This document shows positions 15,568 to 24,900 of a stretch of 31,915 bases of DNA, piece after piece. Each line of letters opens with the position of its first letter. The first letter of the stretch is position 1. Source of the DNA: a virus (lineage: Duplodnaviria > Caudoviricetes); IMG/VR virus record IMGVR_UViG_3300012527_000046, positions 1 to 31,915 of that record. One strand, 5' to 3'. The translations under genes were made by a program, and so were the position numbers. The notes beneath the pieces were generated by a model. That model made no database searches. It was not told the DNA's origin and saw nothing but the letters and a program-made list of their open reading frames with translations.

Positions 15568-18500
15568 TTGGGCGTATTCGACGGATCGAAGATCGGCGTC
15601 ACGATTTCTGGCGACGCCGGGCCTCTTGAGCGCGCCTTCAAGGAAGCTACCCGTGTTGCGAAAGCGGAGCAGCGTGAGCAGGCCCGAGCTGAGCGCACAT
15701 GGTTGAGTGCTCAGAACCGCGCTCAGGCGCAGGCAGCGCGGGAACGCGCGATGATGCAAGCTCGGTGGTCTAAGGCCGAGAGTCGCGCTCAGGTCGCTGC
15801 GGCTCAGGAGCGTATCGCTGCTCAGAGGGTTGCGGCTCAGCAGTCCGCGCGGATCGAAGCGCAGGCTGCGGCGGCTCGCGAGGCTGCGATGGCTAGAACG
15901 CGTCAGCGTGTTGCGGCTTTGGGCGCGGGCGCTGTTCGCGCTGGGCGTAACCTTGCGTTGGTTGGTACGGTGGCGGCGGCTGCGTTCGCGAATATCGGTG
16001 TGGACGAGCTCACCGAGGCGACGAAAGCGAACGCACTCACCGCTGCTGGTATCAAAAGCACCGGGGGTGCCGCGAACGTCACCGCGAAGGACATCACCCG
16101 ACTCTCAGAAGCTAAGCTCAAGATGAGCGGCATTGATGACCAGGTCGTGCAGGGTGGCGCGAACATCCTCCTGACGTTCACGAAGGTACGCAACGAGGTG
16201 GGCGCCGGTAACAAGGTGTTCGACCGCGCGGTGCAGAGCGCGTTGGATCTCAGTGTGCGTGGCTTCGGGAGCGTGGAGTCCTCGAGCAAGATGCTCGGCA
16301 AAGCGCTCAACGATCCCGTGAAGGGCATCTCCGCGTTGAGTCGGGCGGGTGTGACGTTCACGAAGCAGCAGAAGGATCAGATCAAAGCGCTCGTGAAGAG
16401 TGGGCAGACACTTAAGGCGCAGAAGTTGATCATGCGCGAGGTGGAGGTCCAGGTTGGGGGGAGTGCTAAGGCGTTCGGTGATCTCCTGCCTCAGCGTATC
16501 GCGCGGGCTCGTGAGCAGTTCGCGGGGATCGCTGCGGATGTTACGGAGAAGTTCATCCCTGCGTTTGAGGATGGTCTCGGGTGGGTTGAGAAGAACATTG
16601 CGGTGTTTGGGCGGTGGGCGAAAACGGACAAGGGCCAGGCGTCGATTCGTAACCTTGAGGCTACGCTTCGTGACACGGTTTCGGTGGGGATGGAAGTCGC
16701 CCGCGGGATCGGCCACATAACTGGGGCCTTGGCCGCCAACCGCGCTGTGGTGCTTCCTGCTGTGGCTGGTTATGTTGCGATGTCTGTGGCGTTTCGGGGG
16801 CTGAGCGCTGCGCGAGATGGCGCGAAGGCGATTGGATTGTTGGGTGGTGCGGTCAAACTCAGCCCCATTGGCCTCGCGGTGAGCGCGGTGGGTGCGCTCA
16901 CGACTGGTCTCACCGCGTTGCACTTGCGGAATCGGCGTGATGTTGCTTCAGCGAGGGAGTCCGCCGCGGCGAGGCGTGAACAGGCCGCTAGCCTGTGGAG
17001 CGTTAAGGACGCCCAGAACGCTTTGGCAAACGCGGGACTGGGGAAGGCTGAGGCGGGGCTTGGGGTGGAATCCGCACAAGGCGCTTTCAAGACCGCCCAG
17101 CGGGATTTTGGGAAGGGTTCGTTGGAAGCCCGCCAGGCGTACATATCCCTCCGGCGCGCGAAGATCGCCCTCACCGAAGCCACTAAGGAAGAGGGCAAGG
17201 TAGAGGACAAAACAGCGAGGGACCGCAAAGCTGGGATGAACGCCGCGATGTCAGCGTCACGCGACTTGCGCAGGGAGGAGGAACTACGAAGGCGGGGCGT
17301 GATCGGGGGCAGCGAACGAGCAGAGCTTAGAAAACTTACAGCCGCGCACAAGGAAAACTTAGAAACAGTCAAAACCGCTCAGTCCAAGGGGTGGTCCGCG
17401 ATTGAATCGAAGCAGCGCGATACAGCAGCGCGGATGGAACGCAGACACCACCAAGCAGCGGTGAGGATGGCGAAAGCAACAGGCCGCAGCGTGGAGGACA
17501 CCAAACGCTCAATCTCGAGCATCGGCGCTGTGCGCCCAGACCTCGGGGGTTTGATCAGTAGTATCGTGTCGAAGTTCTCGAGTATGTCCGAGACGATCCG
17601 CAAATCCGTGGGGAAGATCAAGATCCCTATTGAAGCGGTGGTGAACCTGTTCGGTGGTAAGGGTGATGGCTTCGGATTTGGTGGGCTCCCGAAGGGTGTG
17701 AACAAAGCACTTGGCGTTGCTTCTGGGTTGGCGTCTAAGTTCGGGTTGCGGATCAGCGCGGGTCGTTACGATCACAGCAAGTACACCAAGAGTGGGAATA
17801 TCTCGAATCACTATTTGGGGCGGGCGTTGGATTTCGCTGGTCCTCCTGCTGGGATGCGCGCTTTTGCGTTGGCGGCGTCGAAGCTCCCCCACTCGGAGTT
17901 GCTCTACGACCCACTTGGAGGTAGTTACTACGAGGGTGGGCATACGGATCATGTTCACTTCGCGTTGCAGCGTGGCGGCTATGTTCCGGGTGTGGGTGAG
18001 GGTGACAAGGTGCCGGCGCTCCTTGAGCCCGGTGAGGGTGTGATCAACAAGCGCGCGGTGTCGGCTCTTGGTGGGCCGCACGCTATCCACCGCATCAACC
18101 GCGCGGTGCCACGGTTTCAGCATGGCGGTGTGATCGACGCGTTGGGGCGCGCGTCCGGGCACATCACAAGCGCTCAGGCACTGGGTTTCGCGAAGGACTC
18201 TGCGGCGTCCACCCCGGCTTTCAAAGCGAAGCGGGCGGCGTTGAACCGGGCACGCCTCCAGAAACTGGTGATGCTCCGTCAGCAAGCTATCGAGGTGAAG
18301 CGCAAGATGCGCGGCCCGGCGAACAAGGTTCGGGATCTCGAGAAGCAACTATCGCGGGCGGGCAAGGAGGGTAAGCCGTCGATCGCGAAGCGCTTGAAGT
18401 CCGCGAAGGGCACGCTGGCCCCGTTGGTGAAGCGCCTCAACAGCCTCAACGCGCAGATCGTTAAGTACGGTGGTAGCCCGGAGAGTGTGGATCAGGACAT

Positions 18501-18861
18501 CCTGGGTCTCGCGGGGGACATCGTGAGTGATGAGACCGTGGAGGAGACGGACGGTGCTTTCGGTTCGGACGGGTCCGATGGCTCTGTGCCCGGGGGTGGG
18601 AACGAGGATCTCCAGGCGATTGTGGATCAGGAACGCGAGCGGGCGCGAGTCGCGACGGAGCAAGCCCGCTTGTCGGAGATCGCCCTCTCCACGCTGGGTG
18701 GTCCGAATGACATCCGCACCGGCACGGGTAACACCACCATCATCAACACGCTCCACCCTGGTGACCCCCGGACGCTTGAGGCGGTACAACGCGCGAGCAC
18801 GCAGGGCAGCACCCTCGGCAGTCCCGGGATGCGTAACTACTACCCCATCAGGGCGGTCTAA
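15568..18861 (+). CDS. Tape measure protein with embedded peptidase M15-like domain
   Basis: Longest ORF, helical Ala-rich; LGKALNDPVKGISALSRAGV; SNHYLGRALD..HTDHVH. Confidence 0.92.
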   Translation: MGVFDGSKIGVTISGDAGPLERAFKEATRVAKAEQREQARAERTWLSAQNRAQAQAARERAMMQARWSKAESRAQVAAAQERIAAQRVAAQQSARIEAQAAAAREAAMARTRQRVAALGAGAVRAGRNLALVGTVAAAAFANIGVDELTEATKANALTAAGIKSTGGAANVTAKDITRLSEAKLKMSGIDDQVVQGGANILLTFTKVRNEVGAGNKVFDRAVQSALDLSVRGFGSVESSSKMLGKALNDPVKGISALSRAGVTFTKQQKDQIKALVKSGQTLKAQKLIMREVEVQVGGSAKAFGDLLPQRIARAREQFAGIAADVTEKFIPAFEDGLGWVEKNIAVFGRWAKTDKGQASIRNLEATLRDTVSVGMEVARGIGHITGALAANRAVVLPAVAGYVAMSVAFRGLSAARDGAKAIGLLGGAVKLSPIGLAVSAVGALTTGLTALHLRNRRDVASARESAAARREQAASLWSVKDAQNALANAGLGKAEAGLGVESAQGAFKTAQRDFGKGSLEARQAYISLRRAKIALTEATKEEGKVEDKTARDRKAGMNAAMSASRDLRREEELRRRGVIGGSERAELRKLTAAHKENLETVKTAQSKGWSAIESKQRDTAARMERRHHQAAVRMAKATGRSVEDTKRSISSIGAVRPDLGGLISSIVSKFSSMSETIRKSVGKIKIPIEAVVNLFGGKGDGFGFGGLPKGVNKALGVASGLASKFGLRISAGRYDHSKYTKSGNISNHYLGRALDFAGPPAGMRAFALAASKLPHSELLYDPLGGSYYEGGHTDHVHFALQRGGYVPGVGEGDKVPALLEPGEGVINKRAVSALGGPHAIHRINRAVPRFQHGGVIDALGRASGHITSAQALGFAKDSAASTPAFKAKRAALNRARLQKLVMLRQQAIEVKRKMRGPANKVRDLEKQLSRAGKEGKPSIAKRLKSAKGTLAPLVKRLNSLNAQIVKYGGSPESVDQDILGLAGDIVSDETVEETDGAFGSDGSDGSVPGGGNEDLQAIVDQERERARVATEQARLSEIALSTLGGPNDIRTGTGNTTIINTLHPGDPRTLEAVQRASTQGSTLGSPGMRNYYPIRAV

Positions 18862-18863
18862 CA

Positions 18864-20750
18864 ATGGCACTCCCCGAATACCTGAGTATCCAGAGTGACC
18901 ACCCCACCAGCGACCTGCTCGTGATCACGGACACGGACCTGGGACCGTACACGAGCAACCCCACGGGGTATATCCGTGATGAGGAAACAGCGTGGGGGAG
19001 TCCTACGCGGTTGCCGCAGTATGCGTCCAGTATTGACACGGACGGGCCGACGCTGACGGGTGTGTCGATGGGGCCGCGTGAGGCGCAGATGCCGATCTGG
19101 TGTGTGGGTACCACGAAGAACCAGATGGTGCAACGACTCCAGGCGCTTGAGAATGTGGTGGAGAACATCAGTCACTATCGCGGTGGGTGGTTGAAGGTCC
19201 GTCGGAAGGGGATGAGTTCGGAGGTTAGCTTTCGGATTGTGTTCGCGGATCTCCAGAACTTGTTTGATAAGCGGGGCGCGCGGGCGTTCGCGCAACGCAC
19301 GTCGCTGACGCTCGTTTGTAAGCCTTACGGCGAGGTTCCTGGAGACGCAGTAGTTTCTTCGTATGGAACGATCCCGATACCTGGGGTTAGGTCCGTTGTG
19401 GCTCCAGGGGGAGACGCCGACGCCAAGCTGGAGTTTGTTATTGAACCCAACCCTTTCCTAATGTTCGCATCTTGGCCGACGCAAGGGCAACGGCAGTATG
19501 TACACAACACGGGGTTTGAGAACGGCACCACTGTGGGGTGGAGTGTTGCTGCGGCTGCAAGCGCGCTCACAGTAGCCGCTACCAGCATCACGGCAACTAC
19601 CTCCACCGGAGCGCAGAGCGGTGCTTTTTCGGGGCAGGTTGTGACCCCAGCTACACTGAACTCCGGGGCGCATTGTCGTGTGTATGGGATGTTTCGGGTT
19701 GGGGTTCCTTACACGTTTAGTGTGTGGGTGAAGGCAACTTCGGGGAGCACACCGGTTTCCGTGGGGATGGGTCGGTCTCCCGCTGACTACGAGGTTACTG
19801 CGGGCGCGGCGCTCACGACCAGCTGGGTTCAGAGAACAGTTACATGGTTTCCGGCCGATAACTATCACTGGGCGGATGTGTTTGTTCGGACCGGGGCTGC
19901 TACTGCTACAACGCTGTATGTGGATACGGCGTTGGTGTATGAAGGGGGTGTCGCTCCTGCCACTACTGTGGCCGGTGATCCTCCGTTCGGTAAGTTCTCT
20001 ATGGCGAACGCAGAGGTGCTAACCGCGGGAACTGTTCAAAGCGTGGGGTGGGATCGCACGGGCTACGCCGTTTTGTCCAGCACGGGCTCGGTTACGGCTG
20101 CTTTGCAGATTGTCCCCGAGTTAGCCAGGGACGCGGCTATTGAGGGTGTGCTGCTTGTTGAGTATTGGGCTTATGTCCGCATTGAAACTACTGTCACAGC
20201 GCCCACGTTGTTGGTTTACATCAGCTACCCAACTGTTATTAACGAGGAGGTTACGCGTATCAATCCGCAGGAGTTCCTGTCCACTACGCGCACGCTTCCC
20301 CAGCAAGCGGTGGCGGGGCAGATTTATCGGTGGCTGAAGCTTGGAACATTCGCGGTTCCTGTGGAGAACACCGGATATACGCGGCGCCTGTTGCATGTTT
20401 CTTTGGGTGGTTTGGGTGCTACTTCGGGGGGGATTGGGAGTATCATTGGTGTTCCCGCGCTTAGTCGCGCTTCGCGCCCAACAGGCCCCGATGCGCCTGT
20501 TTACCCATCAGCGGGGAGCACTGTTTCCGTAAGTGGGGAGACGTTGATAGTTCGGTCTCCATCCGGCGATATCCCTCCTCAGATTCTTGGGGGCGCTCCG
20601 TTGCGTATACCGAGCACGGGTGGTGAGGTTCTTTTTTGGGGTGATGACCAGACTCCCGACCAGGCAAGTAACGCGGCGGGGGTCCCGAATCTCACATCGG
20701 CTGTTGTGGTGACGGCCACGCCGCGCGTTTCGATCCAGCAGGTGGACTAG
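18864..20750 (+). CDS. Distal tail-like protein with a carbohydrate-binding-like module
   Basis: First gene after the tape measure; NTGFENGTTVGW..YTFSVWVKA..LYVD resembles CBM4/9. Confidence 0.65.
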   Translation: MALPEYLSIQSDHPTSDLLVITDTDLGPYTSNPTGYIRDEETAWGSPTRLPQYASSIDTDGPTLTGVSMGPREAQMPIWCVGTTKNQMVQRLQALENVVENISHYRGGWLKVRRKGMSSEVSFRIVFADLQNLFDKRGARAFAQRTSLTLVCKPYGEVPGDAVVSSYGTIPIPGVRSVVAPGGDADAKLEFVIEPNPFLMFASWPTQGQRQYVHNTGFENGTTVGWSVAAAASALTVAATSITATTSTGAQSGAFSGQVVTPATLNSGAHCRVYGMFRVGVPYTFSVWVKATSGSTPVSVGMGRSPADYEVTAGAALTTSWVQRTVTWFPADNYHWADVFVRTGAATATTLYVDTALVYEGGVAPATTVAGDPPFGKFSMANAEVLTAGTVQSVGWDRTGYAVLSSTGSVTAALQIVPELARDAAIEGVLLVEYWAYVRIETTVTAPTLLVYISYPTVINEEVTRINPQEFLSTTRTLPQQAVAGQIYRWLKLGTFAVPVENTGYTRRLLHVSLGGLGATSGGIGSIIGVPALSRASRPTGPDAPVYPSAGSTVSVSGETLIVRSPSGDIPPQILGGAPLRIPSTGGEVLFWGDDQTPDQASNAAGVPNLTSAVVVTATPRVSIQQVD

Positions 20751-22325
20751 GTGGCTGCCCCCGTGTATACGATTTTCGCGAAACCTCCGGGGGGTGCGAT
20801 GCAAGCTATCGACCGGCGTTTTATTGAGGGCGTAGCGCATGAGCATGGTCCGTTGGGACCGGAGCGGCTCTCGTTCTCGAGTGTGCAGGACACACGCCTG
20901 GTGCCTTCGGAGTTGTTGCCGTTCACGAAGTATTATTGTGAGCTCGCGGGTGTGCCGGTGTGGTCGGGGTATGCGTTGCAGTCGCCTCCGTCGCGGGGTG
21001 AGGATTCCCGCTTTTCGGTGAGTGCGGCGGGGTGGGGGCAGTATTTGAACGAAGTCCCCATCGACAAGACGTGGGTGCATACGCGCCTTTCCGAGTGGAG
21101 GAGTCTCAGTGGCGGGACCACTCTCACAACCTCGTCTGGGATCAACTTCGGGGCGGGGGTGGAGGTCGGAGACGCCGGCGTCGTTCTTTCCCTGCCCGTG
21201 GGTAACCAGTTGACTCAAAGTAAGGGCTCGGGGGTGATCCTCGATCTGGGCCCCAACAATCTCGCGAAGCGCATAGTGGTGTCCTGGAGTCATAACGGGT
21301 TGTGGGGTGGCAGCACGAACGTCTACTTCCGCGGCGGGAACAGCGAGGACGTGATCCCCGCAATCGGTGGGGCTGAAGACGCCGCTATCGTTGGCCCCCT
21401 CGGGGGTGCCACATCGTTCACGACAGCGGGCACTTTCGCGACCCCGAGGCGGTATTTCAGTATCTTCTGGTACTGGAGCGGGGTGAACACGACCGCTACG
21501 TCGGACGGGTCGATCCGTATCACCAGCATTCAGGTGTTCACCGACGCGGCGGATGAGTCCGGTAACGCGTCGATCCTGAAAGCCAGCACGGTGATCAGCG
21601 AAGCACTCGATCTCGCGAACCAGGTTAGTACGGACCGAAGCGGTGTTACAGCCACCTCGTTCAACCTCCCCCACTTCGCTACCATGGGCACTGTGGCGGA
21701 TGCTGCTGCGGGTGCGAACGCGTATCACGAGTGGCAGTTCTTTCTCGAATCGCAGAACGGCGCGCAGCCCCGCCCGGTATTCCGCGCTGTGCCCACTACC
21801 CCGCGGTGGGTGATCAGTCGCCATGACGGGCACCACGTCACCCTCGCCAGCGGTAACGACGGCACCGAAATCTACAACCAGGTGACCGTGGCGTTTACCG
21901 ACGCGGCGGGGAAAGAGAACCAGGTTACCGTGACGGCTTCGCCGGATCGTACGCTCGTGGGGCGCGCTGGTCGTACACGCCCACTGAAACTACAGATGAA
22001 AGCGCCCTCCACCACCGCAGCGGCTACGCAGATCGCGAACATCGCACTAGCCTCACACGCCACCACACAGATCAAAGGCAGCATCAACGCCCAAGGATGG
22101 GTGCGGGATTATCAGAGTGGCGCGAAGGTCCCCGCGGGGTGGATGCGTTCCAACGACATCGTGCTTCTGCCTGATGAGGTGGACCCTGACAATGGCACGA
22201 TCGGGCGCACGGGGCCGCTGGCGGGTACGCGCTACGACCACCAGTCTTTAACTACGAGTGCGGAGCTTGATAGTCGCCGCGATATCTACGATCAGGTGCT
22301 GGAGCGTCTCGCGCTGGTGACCTAG
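20751..22325 (+). CDS. Minor tail/baseplate hub protein
   Basis: GVPVWSG, IYNQVTV patterns; last gene before lysis. Confidence 0.65.
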   Translation: MAAPVYTIFAKPPGGAMQAIDRRFIEGVAHEHGPLGPERLSFSSVQDTRLVPSELLPFTKYYCELAGVPVWSGYALQSPPSRGEDSRFSVSAAGWGQYLNEVPIDKTWVHTRLSEWRSLSGGTTLTTSSGINFGAGVEVGDAGVVLSLPVGNQLTQSKGSGVILDLGPNNLAKRIVVSWSHNGLWGGSTNVYFRGGNSEDVIPAIGGAEDAAIVGPLGGATSFTTAGTFATPRRYFSIFWYWSGVNTTATSDGSIRITSIQVFTDAADESGNASILKASTVISEALDLANQVSTDRSGVTATSFNLPHFATMGTVADAAAGANAYHEWQFFLESQNGAQPRPVFRAVPTTPRWVISRHDGHHVTLASGNDGTEIYNQVTVAFTDAAGKENQVTVTASPDRTLVGRAGRTRPLKLQMKAPSTTAAATQIANIALASHATTQIKGSINAQGWVRDYQSGAKVPAGWMRSNDIVLLPDEVDPDNGTIGRTGPLAGTRYDHQSLTTSAELDSRRDIYDQVLERLALVT

Positions 22326-22347
22326 TTCTGCACGTTCCCTAGCCTTT
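22325..22347 (+). promoter_or_regulatory. Late-module motif copy 5
   Basis: GTTCTGCAC-GTTCCC-TAGCCTTT upstream of the lysis cassette. Confidence 0.8.
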
Positions 22348-22374
22348 TGTGTGTACCCAGGGCTAGGAGACCGC

Positions 22375-22587
22375 ATGAGCACCCCCGATGTGACGAAGAT
22401 CGATGTGGGCGTGGTAGCTGCGCTCGGAGCGGCGTTTGCGGCTGGTATCCAGGGTGGCGAGTTCTACGCTGTTTGTGCGGTTGCTGTGGCGCTTGTGCTC
22501 GCGGACTCGGTACGCCGGCATGGTAGGGCTCAGGTGGCCGCTAGTGAGGCGCTGGTGGCGGACGCTCCCGCGGTGGAACTCCAGTGA
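22375..22587 (+). CDS. Putative holin
   Basis: AGGAG SD; two short hydrophobic helices; GTGA-coupled to the endolysin. Confidence 0.55.
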   Translation: MSTPDVTKIDVGVVAALGAAFAAGIQGGEFYAVCAVAVALVLADSVRRHGRAQVAASEALVADAPAVELQ

Positions 22588-23195
22588 GTACCCAAGCGGG
22601 GTGGTACCCCCTCGCCCGTCCGCAGGGCACACATAAGGAGTTCCGCCGTGTTGGGCGTCACGCACGCACGGGGCGGTTCTACTGGTATGGCACCACGTAC
22701 GCTCTCGCGCTGCGTAAGCGCAAGCTCCTGCGCGCGGTGATCGGCAGCGCCGAGCACGATGAGTTCTTTGCGTGGGCACGCCAGCAGAAGCTCGAGCCGA
22801 AACTGGTCCTCGCGGAGCAGACCCCGCACGTGACGGGTAAAGAGGGCAACATCCACCCGAAGCTCCTCGCCTCCGTTGAAGCGTTCATGCGTGCCAATGG
22901 GAAGGGCAGCATCCTGAACATCCTTAGTGGCTTCCGTTCGTACGCGGAGCAGTTGCGGTTGTGGACGGGGTGGCGGCTGCGGATCCCGGGATTCAACCCC
23001 GCGAATCCCCCAGGATCCTCGAAGCACGAAGCCTCCGGGGGGTACACCAGCGCTCGCGCTATCGACGCGTACGTGGGGGGGCGCGCGTTCTGGACGTGGT
23101 GCGATGCGCATGGCCTGCGCGCGTTTGCGCTCAAAGCGGGTCTACGGCAGCCTCATAGTCACGAGCCCTGGCACGTCGAACTGGACAACCTGTGA
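22584..23195 (+). CDS. Endolysin, M15 (VanY-like) Zn peptidase
   Basis: SGFRSYAEQ, PPGSSKHE, AID, EPWHV motifs. Confidence 0.85.
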   Translation: MSTQAGWYPLARPQGTHKEFRRVGRHARTGRFYWYGTTYALALRKRKLLRAVIGSAEHDEFFAWARQQKLEPKLVLAEQTPHVTGKEGNIHPKLLASVEAFMRANGKGSILNILSGFRSYAEQLRLWTGWRLRIPGFNPANPPGSSKHEASGGYTSARAIDAYVGGRAFWTWCDAHGLRAFALKAGLRQPHSHEPWHVELDNL

Positions 23196-23211
23196 CAGGC
23201 GAGGCGAACTG

Positions 23212-23625
23212 ATGGACGCCAAGGAATGCGAGGAATGGATCAAAGAGCTTCGCGCTCGTATCCACAAGCATGGGAACAACGTATCCAGGATTGAGGGTGT
23301 GATGCTCGCCGATCGTATGGTGAACGAAGAACGCTACCGACAGGTGGAGGCAAATACCGTGGGGATGCGAAGCGAACTTGCAAGCCTGACCACGCTCGTG
23401 ACAGCGCAAAGTGCAGCCATGAGTGAGGTGTCGCATGGTCAGAAGTCGATCTTGCAGACGATGGTTTCGGATCGGCAGACGGTTGTTGCGACTGCGGCGG
23501 CGTTGGCTGAGGCTGATCGTGTTCGGCGTGACCGCGAGTCTCAGCCGTTCTTGACCGCGAATCGTGTGATCGCGCTGGCGTTGGGTGTTGCTGGGATTCT
23601 CGCGTATCTATCTAACGCGCTATAG
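23212..23625 (+). CDS. Coiled-coil protein with C-terminal TM helix (lysis accessory)
   Basis: GAGG SD; C-terminal VIALALGVAGILAYL. Confidence 0.6.
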   Translation: MDAKECEEWIKELRARIHKHGNNVSRIEGVMLADRMVNEERYRQVEANTVGMRSELASLTTLVTAQSAAMSEVSHGQKSILQTMVSDRQTVVATAAALAEADRVRRDRESQPFLTANRVIALALGVAGILAYLSNAL

Positions 23626-23686
23626 CGCCTTGATCTGGTAGACGGCCGCTACGAGGGGTCTAGATAGTCGCAGTCCTCGCGGATTG

Positions 23687-23708
23687 CTCGGGAGTTCATA
23701 CTCCTGAG
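23687..23708. terminator. Hairpin between convergent operons
   Basis: CTCGGGAGT-TCAT-ACTCCTGAG; no U-tract. Confidence 0.35.
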
Positions 23709-23717
23709 GGGCGGCGC

Positions 23718-24470
23718 CTAGCGGTACGCCTCCAATGTCACGGTACAGGAATCGCCACCAAGCTCGAGGTAGTACTCACCTGGCACGTACATGCGCGTAG
23801 AGCCCTTCACCGCGCCGATATCGTTGACCAACAGATCAACGTACTCAGCAGGTGTCTGGTACAGAGTCATCACACTATTTGACGATCCGCCAAACGTGTA
23901 GTTCATGCGTACCCGCCCCTCCGGGACGGTGAAGGGGTCCGTCTTCGTGGTCCCACCTTGACATTTCATCGTTTTGATGGCCGTCCATTTCCGTGGCGCG
24001 GCGGTGGATACCGTGAGGGTGATCTTGCCACCCTTACCGAGCTCCGTCCCCGCGGGGGGCTTCTGCCCTAGAACGGTCCCTGGGTCCATATCTGCGACGG
24101 GAACGGGCTTGTCCACTCGCCCGATCTGCCAGTCGTACTCATCGCCGGATACCCCGTCCCATGATTCGCCCACATAGTCGGGCACTTTCCCGACCTTGGT
24201 GAGTTCGGTGATGGTGTCCTCGGCCTTCTCCGTGGCGTTCTCTGCGTCGGCTACGTCGTCCTCGAGCTCTTCGACCTCGGCCGCGTGCTTGGACTGGTCC
24301 TTCTCTCGGGCCTGCTGTTCGTCGTCCAGCAGGCCGCTGTTGCTCGCGGATCCCATGCCTGAACCCACAAGGAAGGCCACCACGCCCACCGCTGCGGTCT
24401 TGACCCAGCCTCTGCGCCACCATGGTTGCGCGTTGGTGTTCTCAGCGGGCTCGTTGTCCGGGCTGTTCAT
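23718..24470 (-). CDS. Membrane-anchored PASTA-domain protein
   Basis: PWWRR plus TM helix, coiled coil, VPDYVG..PGTVLGQKPPAGTEL..ITLTVS (PASTA), C-terminal beta domain. Confidence 0.75.
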   Translation of the reverse strand: MNSPDNEPAENTNAQPWWRRGWVKTAAVGVVAFLVGSGMGSASNSGLLDDEQQAREKDQSKHAAEVEELEDDVADAENATEKAEDTITELTKVGKVPDYVGESWDGVSGDEYDWQIGRVDKPVPVADMDPGTVLGQKPPAGTELGKGGKITLTVSTAAPRKWTAIKTMKCQGGTTKTDPFTVPEGRVRMNYTFGGSSNSVMTLYQTPAEYVDLLVNDIGAVKGSTRMYVPGEYYLELGGDSCTVTLEAYR

Positions 24471-24787
24471 CGTCGGCTCACCAGCACTTCGATCATCTCC
24501 TTCAGTTCGCGCAGCGCGACTCGTTGTTGCTCAAACTCGGCGCGGATCCACTCGGACGGTACTAGATCCCAACCCTCCGGCGGGCTGTATCCAAGCTCGC
24601 GGGGGTCAATCTCAAAGGCATCAGCGATCGCGTTGATGTTCTCAAGGGTCGGGTTCTGCCCGCCTCGCTCCCACGCCCCGTAACTGCCGAGGCGAACACC
24701 CACCTTGGCAGCCGCCTCCTCCTGGCTGAGGCCCCTGGCCTGACGGATTTCCCGCAGGCGCGGGCCGTATGTCCATGCGTTTGACAC
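24467..24787 (-). CDS. CI-like repressor (XRE HTH)
   Basis: LREIRQARGLSQEEAAAKVGV..WERG..PTLENI; GTG start 6 nt after TACCCT. Confidence 0.85.
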   Translation of the reverse strand: MSNAWTYGPRLREIRQARGLSQEEAAAKVGVRLGSYGAWERGGQNPTLENINAIADAFEIDPRELGYSPPEGWDLVPSEWIRAEFEQQRVALRELKEMIEVLVSRR

Positions 24788-24858
24788 CCGATAAGGGTAC
24801 GGTTTCCCGCAACGTGCGAGCAGAATGTCGTCAGTATGTGGCATGCGTCCTCCGGTTC

Positions 24859-24871
24859 GTGTACGGTACAC
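24859..24871. promoter_or_regulatory. Palindrome GTGTAC-G-GTACAC, candidate operator
   Basis: Perfect 6-1-6 inverted repeat in the cI/cro divergent gap. Confidence 0.5.
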
Positions 24872-24900
24872 CGCACACCAACAGAACAGGGCAAGCCTGC

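Noticed and set aside
2576-22347. Motif copies as CRISPR repeats
   Set aside because: The copies are dispersed kilobases apart at gene starts, with no spacer array and no cas genes.
23626-23717. attP or a small peptide ORF in the convergent gap
   Set aside because: No tRNA-like core or arm repeats are visible, and the 16-codon minus-strand ORF has its AGGAG only 1 nt from the ATG.
24781-24786. Perfect TTGACA as a -35 box
   Set aside because: There is no -10 box at 16-18 bp downstream, and it coincides with the first cI codons on the other strand.
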